From an uncultured Rickettsiales bacterium (GTDB lineage: Bacteria; Myxococcota_A; UBA796; UBA9615): 64,000 nucleotides of DNA. Location: positions 4,193-68,192 of the forward strand of contig CAYFOA010000011.1 in NCBI GenBank assembly GCA_964344575.1, in the 5' to 3' direction. The position numbers were made by a program, and so were the translations under genes. The notes below the pieces were generated by a model. The model saw nothing but the letters and a program-made list of their open reading frames with translations, ran no database searches and was not told the origin of the DNA. Shown here piece after piece: positions 29,715-37,914 of this stretch. The number at the start of each line of letters is the position of its first letter. Position 1 is the first letter of the stretch.

Positions 29715-30164
29715 ATGTCCGACGTCTTCGTGTCCGCGTCCCTCGAGATCCGCGCCCCGCGCGCCCACGTCGCCGGCATCGCGGGCCTCGCGACGGAGGC
29801 CAAGGGGTGGCTCTGGTCCCCGGCCCAGGTGGCGGGTGAGGCGACGTCCCGCGACCTCCCCGACGGCACCCGCCAGCTGGTCGTGGCGGACGGGGACAAG
29901 CTGCGCGACCGGATCGTGGAGGCGAGCGACGAGCGCGTCGTCATCGACAGCGAGTACCGCCCCCGCAACGCCGACGTCCGCGGCCGACACCTCCGCTACG
30001 AGCTGTCCCTGGAGGCGGGCCCGGGGACGACGAACGCGACCCTCGGCCTCGCCTTCGAAGACCGCGCCGCCCCCACCTCCCCCGTCGAGACGAGGCGCTA
30101 CCGCCGCCACGCCGAGCAGTGCCTGGCGAGGCTCTCGGCCCTGGCGATCCCCGAAGGGGCGTGA
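29715..30164 (+). CDS. Small SRPBCC/polyketide-cyclase-like protein (150 aa), tentative
   Basis: Internal ATG at 29715 gives MSDVFVSASLEIRAPRAHV...GWLWSPAQV...LRYELSLEAGPGTTNATLGLAFE. The pattern resembles Bet v1-like/SRPBCC folds. Composition is protein-like. It lies in-frame downstream of the frameshifted regulator ORF. Confidence 0.5.
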   Translation: MSDVFVSASLEIRAPRAHVAGIAGLATEAKGWLWSPAQVAGEATSRDLPDGTRQLVVADGDKLRDRIVEASDERVVIDSEYRPRNADVRGRHLRYELSLEAGPGTTNATLGLAFEDRAAPTSPVETRRYRRHAEQCLARLSALAIPEGA

Positions 30165-30174
30165 GTCCCGAGTC

Positions 30175-31494
30175 CTAGTAGCCGGCGGCGGCGAGGCGGT
30201 CGGCTTCGGAGAGGAAGAAGGCTTCGCGGTCGTAGCCGTCGCTGAAGTGGTCGAAGCCGACGCCGACCTGCTCGAAGTGGTCGGCGGGGACGAGGCCGAG
30301 GTGGTCGCCCCAGGGGGAGGACCACTCCGGGACGATGCCGTCGTTGGCGCCGTCGACCGCTTCGAGGACGCCGTGCAGGAGGGCGACCTGGGTGCCCGCG
30401 ACCTCGCCTTCGGTCGCGTCCTGGCAGTCGAAGTCGAACGCGCCGCAGGTCCGGGACGACCACGAGAAGTAGGCCACGTCGGGGCTGTCGGGGGTCGCCT
30501 CGGCGAACGCGTCCATCGACTCGGGGGCCATGAACTCCAGCGTCGCGGCGAGCTCTGCGGCGCCCATGCCGAGCAGCTCGGCGAGCGCGCCCATCGCGTC
30601 GTCCACCATCCCCGAGATCGTCGGGTCCAGGTCCATCAGCCCGAGCCCGATCTCGGCCAGCCCCGTGCCCCGGTGGGGGGTCGCGATCGTCGTGACGGTG
30701 GCCACCCGGGGGGCGTTGTGCAGCGCCGACGTCAGCCACCGCGCGTCGAGTCCGCCCTGCGAGTGACCGACGAGGTTGAACTTGCGCGCGACGCCCGCCG
30801 CCTGGAGCTCGTCGAGGAACGCCGCCCACTGCTCGGCCCGCACCGGCGGGGCGTTGACGAGATCGACCGAGAACGCGAACGCGAGGTAGCCGGCGTCCGC
30901 CAGCGCCTCGACGACCGGCTCGAAGTTGCCGAAGGCGCCGTCCCCCTGCCCCCCGAAGCCGTGGAGGAAGAAGACGGGGTAGCGCGTGAAGCGGAGGTCG
31001 CAGCCGGCGACGCAGGAGACCGTCACCGCGTAGGGGCGCTCGTCGTCGGACGGCTCGTGGGGGCGGATCTCGACCAGGACCTCGCCGGACTGGGCGAGGG
31101 TGACCTCGACGCCGTCGCCGTCGTCCCCGTGCGCCAGCTCGTCCCCGAGCAGATCGACGACCGTGACCGAGGCGCCGCCGTCGACCTCGACCGCCACCGA
31201 CAGCGTCGACGTCGCCGCCCCCGCGGTCGCGTGCAGGGCGCCTTCGCAGGGCGCGAGGAGCGCGTCGAGCGCGGCTCCCGAGGCGACGAACGAGCCCTCG
31301 TCGGCCGGCTCGTCGCCCGGGAGACCGTTGCACGGAGGCGGGGTGGGTTGGGTGCCGGCGCCGTCGTCGTCGCCCGGGTCTCCGACGTCCGCCGGCGGCT
31401 CCTCCACCGGCGCGTCGAGGGCGGTCAGGCCCGGGGGATCACCGGCGCAACCGGCGACCCACAAGGCCGTGACGAAGATCCCAGCTCCCCGCAT
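30175..31494 (-). CDS. Secreted lipase/esterase (alpha/beta hydrolase, GHSQG nucleophile elbow) lipoprotein
   Basis: Lipobox in MRGAGIFVTALWVAGCAG. FFLHGFGG oxyanion region. LVGHSQGG motif. Composition is acidic and secreted-like. Confidence 0.85.
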   Translation of the reverse strand: MRGAGIFVTALWVAGCAGDPPGLTALDAPVEEPPADVGDPGDDDGAGTQPTPPPCNGLPGDEPADEGSFVASGAALDALLAPCEGALHATAGAATSTLSVAVEVDGGASVTVVDLLGDELAHGDDGDGVEVTLAQSGEVLVEIRPHEPSDDERPYAVTVSCVAGCDLRFTRYPVFFLHGFGGQGDGAFGNFEPVVEALADAGYLAFAFSVDLVNAPPVRAEQWAAFLDELQAAGVARKFNLVGHSQGGLDARWLTSALHNAPRVATVTTIATPHRGTGLAEIGLGLMDLDPTISGMVDDAMGALAELLGMGAAELAATLEFMAPESMDAFAEATPDSPDVAYFSWSSRTCGAFDFDCQDATEGEVAGTQVALLHGVLEAVDGANDGIVPEWSSPWGDHLGLVPADHFEQVGVGFDHFSDGYDREAFFLSEADRLAAAGY

Positions 31495-31515
31495 TCGCGG
31501 CCACGCAACACGGGA

Positions 31516-31534
31516 CGTCGCCCCAGGTAAACAC
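31516..31534. promoter_or_regulatory. 9-bp inverted repeat GGTAAACAC-T-GTGTTTACC (putative operator) upstream of the lipase gene
   Basis: A perfect palindrome apart from the centre nucleotide. It is AT-richer than the surroundings. It sits in the 45-nt gap between the Coq4-like stop and the lipase start on the minus strand. A TetR gene lies nearby. Confidence 0.5.
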
Positions 31535-31539
31535 TGTGT

Positions 31540-32028
31540 TTACCTCGCCGCCGCGAGCCCCAGGATCCGGCGGACGTCGCCGATGGTGCGGTCGAGCAGC
31601 GCCTCGGCGGGGCCCGTCTTGTAGAGGCCGCCCGAGGCCCGGCCCGCCGCGAACGCGCGGAGGGTCCGTCGGGGCATGAGGAGGAGGCCCCAGGCCATCC
31701 CCAGCAGGTTGATCAGCCAGGCGAACCAGAAGCGGCCGCAGCCGGCGCCGATCTCGAACGCCGACATCTCGAACTCTCCCCGCCAGTCGGTCGCGTAGCC
31801 GGTCAGGATGTGGTGCAGATCGTGGTACGCGAGCGCCGCCACGCGGGCCGGCGGGTTGGGCACGGGGAGCCGCAGGGGGCCGAACTCGAAGATGTCGAAG
31901 GTCTTGCCGTAGCCGCCGTCGGCGCCGAAGCCGTTGGCCTCGAAGTAGGCCGTGCGGGCGTCGCGGAGGGTCATGTCGTCGCGGTAGGTCGTCGTGGTCG
32001 TCGTCGTGGTCGTCGTCGTGGTCGTCAT
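31540..32028 (-). CDS. Coq4-family protein (HDxxH-x11-E zinc motif) with N-terminal poly-Thr tract
   Basis: YHDLHHILTGYATDWRGEFE matches the Coq4 motif HDxxH(x11)E. ATG at 32026-32028 gives MTTTTTTTTTTTTTTYRDDMTLRD. An alternative start is the internal M of MTLRD. Confidence 0.6.
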   Translation of the reverse strand: MTTTTTTTTTTTTTYRDDMTLRDARTAYFEANGFGADGGYGKTFDIFEFGPLRLPVPNPPARVAALAYHDLHHILTGYATDWRGEFEMSAFEIGAGCGRFWFAWLINLLGMAWGLLLMPRRTLRAFAAGRASGGLYKTGPAEALLDRTIGDVRRILGLAAAR

Positions 32029-32036
32029 CGTGGTCG
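31985..32036 (-). repeat. ACG/ACC trinucleotide repeat encoding poly-Thr(14) at the Coq4-like N-terminus
   Basis: gtcgtggtcgtcgtcgtggtcgtcgtcgtggtcgtc on the plus strand. Confidence 0.9.
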
Positions 32037-32138
32037 TCCTCTCTCTGCTTCCACGATGCGTCCCCCCGAGGACGCCCCGAAGCAAACGCGAGCGACTCCC
32101 CGTCGATCCTAGAATCACCAGGGATTTCAAACGCTTGG

Positions 32139-32156
32139 GAACGCGAGAACGCGAGC
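32139..32156. repeat. Tandem direct repeat GAACGCGAG x2 (third copy AAACGCGAG at 32084) immediately 3' of TetR gene and 5' of Coq4-like gene
   Basis: ggaacgcgagaacgcgagc is seen directly. Confidence 0.6.
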
Positions 32157-32157
32157 T

Positions 32158-32784
32158 TCAGGCGGGCTTCAGGTAGGCCGTGGCGAGGTGGACGAGCTCG
32201 TCCATGAGCGGCGCCTCGATCAGCAGCTCGGGGCGGTGGGCGAGGACGTGCCCCAGCGTCGCGAGCAGAGACCGGCCCATGATCAGCGCCGCCAGCTCGG
32301 GGTCGACGTCCCGCAGCTGACCCTCCCGCGACCGGAGGAACCGGAGCACCAGCGCCTCCGCCCGCTCGTCCAGTGGCGCGACGTGCAGCTCCGCCGCCTC
32401 CAGCCTCGGGACGGCCCCCGCGAGCTGCGTGATCAGCGCCGTCCGCTCCCCCCAGAAGCCGAAGAGCGTCTGGAGGAACTCGCGCGTCGCCTCCTCCAGC
32501 GGCTTGCCCGCGACCTGGTCGATGGCGAAGTCGCAGATCTGGAGCTCCGCGTCCCGGAGCTGCTCGTACAGGCGGACCACCATCGAGTCCATCGTCGGGA
32601 AGTACTGGTACAGCGAGCCGATCGAGACGCCCGCCACCTCGGCCACGCGGTTCGTCGTCGCCCCCTCGTAGCCGTCGTCCACGAGCACCCGCGCCGCCGC
32701 CTCGAGGATCGTCTCGACGAGGAAGCGGGACCGCTCCTGCTTCGGCTCCTTCCGGGGCGCGTGGGGGGACTTGGGCGCAGTCAC
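32158..32784 (-). CDS. TetR/AcrR family transcriptional regulator
   Basis: N-terminal HTH TNRVAEVAGVSIGSLYQYF. 208 aa. It overlaps the upstream small membrane-protein gene. Confidence 0.9.
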   Translation of the reverse strand: MTAPKSPHAPRKEPKQERSRFLVETILEAAARVLVDDGYEGATTNRVAEVAGVSIGSLYQYFPTMDSMVVRLYEQLRDAELQICDFAIDQVAGKPLEEATREFLQTLFGFWGERTALITQLAGAVPRLEAAELHVAPLDERAEALVLRFLRSREGQLRDVDPELAALIMGRSLLATLGHVLAHRPELLIEAPLMDELVHLATAYLKPA

Positions 32785-32788
32785 GCGG

Positions 32789-33178
32789 TCACGCGGGTCC
32801 GCGGAGGGCGAGCCAGGCGCCGAGCGCGATGCCGAACCAGAAGCCGCCCGCGGGGACGGCGAGGGCCCCCACGAGGCAGACGACCGCGAACGCGACGCCC
32901 CATGCGCGGGACGGGATCGGCGCGCCCGCCGCCGCCCCGCGCAGCAGCCACCCCCCGAACACGAGCAGCGCGCCGAACATCAGCGACCAGAAGACCGCCA
33001 TCTGCATCGGGTCGACCTCGGCGGCGGGGTCCGCGGTCCGCCACCAGCCGTCGCCCGCCATCGTCGCGAGCACGCCGCCGGCGCCCCCCAGCGTGGCGAG
33101 CGTGTGCAGGACCCCCAGCGCGATCAGCACCGCCCCGGCGCGCCCCGCGCGCACGTCGTTTCCAGCCTCTGCGGTCAT
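32789..33178 (-). CDS. Small hypothetical membrane protein (~130 aa, 3-4 TM)
   Basis: Internal ATG (MTAEAGNDVRAGRAGAVLIALGVLHTLATLGG...). Hydrophobic helices. It is co-oriented immediately upstream of the TetR gene. Confidence 0.5.
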   Translation of the reverse strand: MTAEAGNDVRAGRAGAVLIALGVLHTLATLGGAGGVLATMAGDGWWRTADPAAEVDPMQMAVFWSLMFGALLVFGGWLLRGAAAGAPIPSRAWGVAFAVVCLVGALAVPAGGFWFGIALGAWLALRGPA

Positions 33179-33254
33179 CGGCTCCTCCCGCCCCAGGATA
33201 CCTCCACAAGTCCTCAATGAACGGCCGCGCGTGCCCGTGCAAGGGTCGTCGGCG

Positions 33255-35792
33255 GTGCGGAGCTGGGTCCTGGGCGTGACGGTCGCCGTCGCGCTGTCGT
33301 GGTCGATGTCGGGCTGTCCCGAGGCCGACGCCCCCGTCCCCCCCGAGCCCTACACGCCGCCTCCCCGAGCGCTGGACGCGGGGGCGTTCACGGGGCTCCA
33401 TCGCCTCACCGACGCCGAGTGGCGCAACGCCGCCGAAGACCTCACCGGGGTCCGCTGGGAGGGGGACCTGCCGCAGGATCTCGTGCTTCACGGCTACTCC
33501 TCGGTGGGCGCCGCCGAGACGACGGTCGCCCCGCTCGACTTCGAGCTCTACGAGGCCGCCGCCTGGGCCGTCGCCGAGGCCGCCGTCCCCGACGCCGACG
33601 CCCGGGACGCGATCGTCGGGTGCGACGCCACGCCGCTCCTCGGGCTCGAGGACGAGCTCCTCGACAGCGCCGCGTGCATCCGGACCTTCGCCGCGGGCCT
33701 CCTCGAGCAGGCCTGGCGCCGCCCCGCCTCGGGCGAGGAGGCGGACGCCTACGTCGCGCTGTACGACGACGTCGTCGCCCAGACCGGGCGCTCGGTGCTC
33801 GCCGTGCAGGCGGTCCTCGCCGCGGCGATGGCGGCCCCCGACTTCCTCTTCCGCGTCGAGCTCGGCCGCGAGCGGGACGGCGACCCCACCCGGCGGTGGC
33901 TGACCGACCACGAGATGTGGGCCCGGCTCCGGCTGACGATCCAGGACCAGCCCGGCTTCGGGGAGATCGACGCGTCCGACGAGGCCGCCGTCGCCGAGGC
34001 GGCGCTGTCGCTGTGGATGGCGGCCCAGTCCGGCGACGCGGCCGTCCGCTTCCTCGGCGAGTGGTGGGACCTCGAGGGGATCTGGCTGACGTCGAAGGAC
34101 CCGACGATGTTCCCGCAGTGGAACGACGCCCTGAAGGCGGGCCTCGTCGCCGAGGCGGAGTCGATGTTCCTCGACCTCGTCGACGCCGACGGCGACGTCC
34201 GCGACCTCCTCACCACCACCGAGGCATGGGTCACCCCCGAGGTGGCGGCGCTGTACGGCGTTTCGGCCCCCGCGGACGGGCTGACCCTCGTCGAGCTCCC
34301 CGCCGACCGGGCGGGCCTCCTCGGTCGCGGCGCGTTCCTGGCGCCGAACGCCCACGCCACGCTGACGTCGCCCACCCTCCGGGGCAAGTTCGTCCGCGCG
34401 CGGCTTCTCTGCCAGGACATCCCCCCGCCGCCGGAGGGCGTCATCGCGAGCCTCGACGGGGTCGACGACACGGGCACGCTCCGCCAGCAGCTCGAGCAGC
34501 ACATGGAGGACGACGCCTGCCGCCCCTGCCACGAGCAGATGGACCCGATCGGCTTCGCCTTCGAGCACTTCGACCCCGCCGGCGCGTGGCGGGACACCGA
34601 CCGCGGCCACCCCGTCGACGCCGCCTCGGACATCGACGGCACGCCGGTCGAGGGAGCGGCCGACGTCGGCGCCGTCGTGGCAGCCCACGGGCGGCTCCCC
34701 GGGTGCGTCACGATCAACGCCTGGAGCCACCTCCTCGGCCACATCGAGCAGCACGACGAGGACGACTCCATCGACGCCGTCGCCGGCCGCTTCGAGGCGG
34801 GCGGGTACCGGCTGTCGGAGCTGCACGTCGCCGTCGCCGAGACGATCGACTTCCGCAGCCTCCGCGCCCCCGACGGCGGCGAGTGCACCCTCGACGAGGA
34901 GGGCGCCACCCGCGCCTGCGCGACGGACTGCGGCGACGGCACGGAGACCTGCCGCGGCGGCGTGTGGACGGCCTGCACCGCGACGCGGCCGGCGCGCGAG
35001 GCCTGCAACGGGGTCGACGACGACTGCGACGGCCTGGTGGACGAGGAGGTGATCGCGTCGTGCGAGCCCGAGGGCGGCGGGGCCGGCCTCCGGACGTGCT
35101 CCGAGGGCGCGTGGTCGGACTGCGCCTCCCCGAACGTCGCCCGCGAGACGTGCAACGGCGTCGACGACGACGGCGACGGGCTGGTCGACGAGGAGCTGGC
35201 CGTCGACTTCCGCTCGGTGACGTCGGAGCAGCTCGCGTCCCGCCACCCCAGCTGCCAGCCCGCGCTCACGTCGAGCTGGACGGACAACTGCCGCTCAGCG
35301 GTCCACCGCGAGTGCGCCGCGGTCGGCTGCGGCCCCACCGGGATCGGGCCCATCGCCATGGCCGGCAGCAGCGCCTACGGGACGATCGCGTGCCTCTCGT
35401 CCGACGAAGCGGTCGTCCTGGAGACGTCCTTCACCGCCCTCGCCGCCCACCACGAGTGGTGCACCCAGGGCAACGCGTTCAGCCGCGACTGCAACGCGGC
35501 CATCCACCGCTGGTGCTCGGCCTCGGGGCTGGTCACCGGCTATGGCCCCATCGAGCACAGCGGCGACCTCGCCATCGTCGCCTGCAAGCCCGGCGCGACG
35601 CCCTACGGGACGACGTACACGGAGATGTCGGCGTTCCACCCGACGTGCAACGGCGGCGCCCAGCGCAGCGGCGAGGAGTGCGACGAGGCGTACCACCGGT
35701 TCTGCCGCGCCAACGGGCACCGCACGGGCCACGGACCGCTGGAGAACAGCGGCGACGTCGTGTGGGTCGCGTGCATCGGGAGCCTCGAATGA
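33255..35792 (+). CDS. DUF1592/DUF1588-family protein (CxxCH-containing) lipoprotein with C-terminal MopE-like repeats and a triple Cys-rich ~55-aa repeat
   Basis: GTG at 33255 gives MRSWVLGVTVAVALSWSMSGC (lipobox). CRPCHEQMDPIGFAFEHFDPAGAWR is typical of the DUF1588 haem-binding-like region. It is paired with DUF1552. C-terminal repeats are CNGVDDDCDGLVDEE x2 and three HxxC...GxGP[IL]E[HN]SGD..[IV]AC modules. Confidence 0.85.
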   Translation: MRSWVLGVTVAVALSWSMSGCPEADAPVPPEPYTPPPRALDAGAFTGLHRLTDAEWRNAAEDLTGVRWEGDLPQDLVLHGYSSVGAAETTVAPLDFELYEAAAWAVAEAAVPDADARDAIVGCDATPLLGLEDELLDSAACIRTFAAGLLEQAWRRPASGEEADAYVALYDDVVAQTGRSVLAVQAVLAAAMAAPDFLFRVELGRERDGDPTRRWLTDHEMWARLRLTIQDQPGFGEIDASDEAAVAEAALSLWMAAQSGDAAVRFLGEWWDLEGIWLTSKDPTMFPQWNDALKAGLVAEAESMFLDLVDADGDVRDLLTTTEAWVTPEVAALYGVSAPADGLTLVELPADRAGLLGRGAFLAPNAHATLTSPTLRGKFVRARLLCQDIPPPPEGVIASLDGVDDTGTLRQQLEQHMEDDACRPCHEQMDPIGFAFEHFDPAGAWRDTDRGHPVDAASDIDGTPVEGAADVGAVVAAHGRLPGCVTINAWSHLLGHIEQHDEDDSIDAVAGRFEAGGYRLSELHVAVAETIDFRSLRAPDGGECTLDEEGATRACATDCGDGTETCRGGVWTACTATRPAREACNGVDDDCDGLVDEEVIASCEPEGGGAGLRTCSEGAWSDCASPNVARETCNGVDDDGDGLVDEELAVDFRSVTSEQLASRHPSCQPALTSSWTDNCRSAVHRECAAVGCGPTGIGPIAMAGSSAYGTIACLSSDEAVVLETSFTALAAHHEWCTQGNAFSRDCNAAIHRWCSASGLVTGYGPIEHSGDLAIVACKPGATPYGTTYTEMSAFHPTCNGGAQRSGEECDEAYHRFCRANGHRTGHGPLENSGDVVWVACIGSLE

Positions 35793-37114
35793 GCACGAAG
35801 CTCAGCCGCCGCCACGTCCTCAAGGCCGCCCTCGCCGGCGGCGGGCTGGCGACGATCCCGCTGCCTCTCCTCGAGATCATGATGGACGGCAACGGGACCG
35901 CGCTGGCGGGCGGCGAGGACCTCCCGACGCGCTTCGGGCTCTGGTTCTGGGGCAACGGGATCCGCCCCGAGCACTGGGTCCCGCCCACGACCGGCGAGAG
36001 CTGGACGCCGAGCGCCGAGCTGGAGCCGCTGACCGATCTCGTCCCCTACGTCAGCGTCGTCAGCGGCTGCGAGATCAAGACCGCGACCCACGCCCACCAC
36101 AGCGGCATGAGCGGGATCCTGACGGGCGAGCACTACCACCTGCTCGGATACGTCCGCGACACGATCGCGTCTACGTTGCCGTCCCAGTCGGTGGACCAGA
36201 TCGCCGCCGACTGGTTCGAGGGGCTGGCCCCCTTCCGCTCCGTCGAGGCGGGGGTGACGTGGTTCCGGGGGACGGACGAGGGGTCCGCCTTCCAGCACCT
36301 CAGCCACAACGGCCCGAACAACGTGAACCCCGCGGAGTACGACGTCGTCGCCCTCTACGAGCGGCTGTTCGCGATGCCGACCGACAGCGAGCGCGACCTC
36401 GCCCGCCAGTCGGTGCTCGACACGGTGGAGTGGAAGGGGACGCGCCTCCACGGCCGGCTCGGGGTCCGCGACCGCATCCGGATGGAGCAGTACCTCGACT
36501 CGATCCGCGCCCTGGAGACCCGCCTCGCCGAGGAGCCCGCCGCCTGCAGCGCGACCCCGCCCGCCTCCAGCTTCCCCGACGTCGACGGCCTGGAGCAGAT
36601 CGAGGAGAAGAACGCGGCCGTCGCCGACGTCCTCGCGATGGCGCTGACGTGCGACCTGATGCGGTCGTTCAGCGTCCTCTGGAGCACCGCCGGCAGCGGC
36701 GTCATCGTGTGGCAGGCGGGGGGGACGTACTCGATGCACGCGACCTGCCACGAGGAGCCGATGCCGCAGCCGACGGTCCACGCCTGCACGACGTGGACGA
36801 TGGGCAACCTCGCCACCTTCCTGCGGACGCTGCGGGACACCCCCGAGGGGGACGGCAACCTGCTCGACCGCTGCTCGATCCTGTGCACGTCGGAGCTGTC
36901 GGACGGGTGGACGCACGCCAACACCGAGTTCCCCATCCTCGTCGCGGGCAAGGGCGGCGGCCGCCTCCGCGGCGGGATCCACTACCGCTCGACGACCAAC
37001 CGGAACACGTCGGACGCGGTCCTGACGGCGCTGCACGGCGCGGGCGTCGAGGTGGACAGCTTCGGCGTCGACGCGGGCTGGACGAACACGACGGTCGGCG
37101 AGCTCCTGACCTAG
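35789..37114 (+). CDS. DUF1552-family protein with twin-arginine (Tat) signal
   Basis: MSTKLSRRHVLKAALAGGGLATIPL is a Tat motif. It makes an ATGA overlap with the upstream DUF1592 gene. This is the conserved DUF1592/DUF1552 pairing. Confidence 0.85.
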   Translation: MSTKLSRRHVLKAALAGGGLATIPLPLLEIMMDGNGTALAGGEDLPTRFGLWFWGNGIRPEHWVPPTTGESWTPSAELEPLTDLVPYVSVVSGCEIKTATHAHHSGMSGILTGEHYHLLGYVRDTIASTLPSQSVDQIAADWFEGLAPFRSVEAGVTWFRGTDEGSAFQHLSHNGPNNVNPAEYDVVALYERLFAMPTDSERDLARQSVLDTVEWKGTRLHGRLGVRDRIRMEQYLDSIRALETRLAEEPAACSATPPASSFPDVDGLEQIEEKNAAVADVLAMALTCDLMRSFSVLWSTAGSGVIVWQAGGTYSMHATCHEEPMPQPTVHACTTWTMGNLATFLRTLRDTPEGDGNLLDRCSILCTSELSDGWTHANTEFPILVAGKGGGRLRGGIHYRSTTNRNTSDAVLTALHGAGVEVDSFGVDAGWTNTTVGELLT

Positions 37115-37887
37115 AGGGGGATCTCGCGCCCCCCCACGACGGCGTCGTAGAGCCAGTCCGGCATCGCCCGCCCCATCCGCGCCAGCCACACCATCTGCCA
37201 CGGGTAGGCGACCTCGCGGCGGCCCTTCATGATCCCGCGGACCGTCTTCTTCGCGGCGACCTCCGGCTCGACGAGGAACGGCATCGAGAACGCGTTCTTG
37301 TCCGTCATCGGGGTCCGGACGAAGCCGGGATGGACGGCGGTGACGCTGATCCCCCGGCTCTTCAGCTCCAGCCGCATGGACTCGAGCATCGTCGTCAGCG
37401 CCGCCTTGCTCGCGGAGTAGGGCCCGCTCACCGGGAGCCCGCGGAAGCCCGCGATCGACGAGACGCCGGCGATCCGTCCCCGTCCCCGCTCCAGCATCCC
37501 CGGGACGACCGCCGCGAACAGGTTCGTCGACCCCTCGAAGTTGACCCGCATGATGCGGTTGCAGCGGTCCGCGTCGAACCGGTGCATGGGGACCGGCGCG
37601 CCGATGCCGGCGTTGGCGATCGCGACCTCGATCGGGCCGGCCTCCTCCTCCGCCTCCGCGACCGCCCGCCGGACGGCCTCGACGTCCACGACGTCGCACG
37701 AAATCGGGAACGCCTCCCCCCCCGCGGCGCGGACGTCTTCGGCGACCTCCGCCAGCTTGTCGGCCCGCCGCGCCAGCATCGCCACCCGGGCCCCGTGGGC
37801 GCGCCCCAGCTCGACCGCGACGGCGGCGCCGATGCCCGACGACGCGCCGGTGAGGATGACGACAGGGCCCGCGCTCATGCGCGGCAT
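37111..37887 (-). CDS. Short-chain dehydrogenase/reductase (SDR) family oxidoreductase
   Basis: TGASSGIGAAVAVEL (TGxxxGxG). YSASKAAL (YxxxK). Internal ATG at 37885-37887 of the spurious 689-aa ORF. Confidence 0.85.
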   Translation of the reverse strand: MPRMSAGPVVILTGASSGIGAAVAVELGRAHGARVAMLARRADKLAEVAEDVRAAGGEAFPISCDVVDVEAVRRAVAEAEEEAGPIEVAIANAGIGAPVPMHRFDADRCNRIMRVNFEGSTNLFAAVVPGMLERGRGRIAGVSSIAGFRGLPVSGPYSASKAALTTMLESMRLELKSRGISVTAVHPGFVRTPMTDKNAFSMPFLVEPEVAAKKTVRGIMKGRREVAYPWQMVWLARMGRAMPDWLYDAVVGGREIPL

Positions 37888-37914
37888 GATGCCCGATCTG
37901 GTAGAAGCCGCCGC

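Noticed and set aside
25272-30110. 1612-aa minus-strand ORF
   Set aside because: It is antisense to the SARP-like regulator and other plus-strand genes and has Arg/Gly/Pro-rich composition. Only its 3' 295 codons (LarE-like) are real.
33299-37114. 1271-aa plus-strand ORF
   Set aside because: Its 5' two-thirds is an Arg/Gly-rich alternative frame of the DUF1592 gene. Only the terminal 442 codons (DUF1552, from the ATG at 35789) are real.
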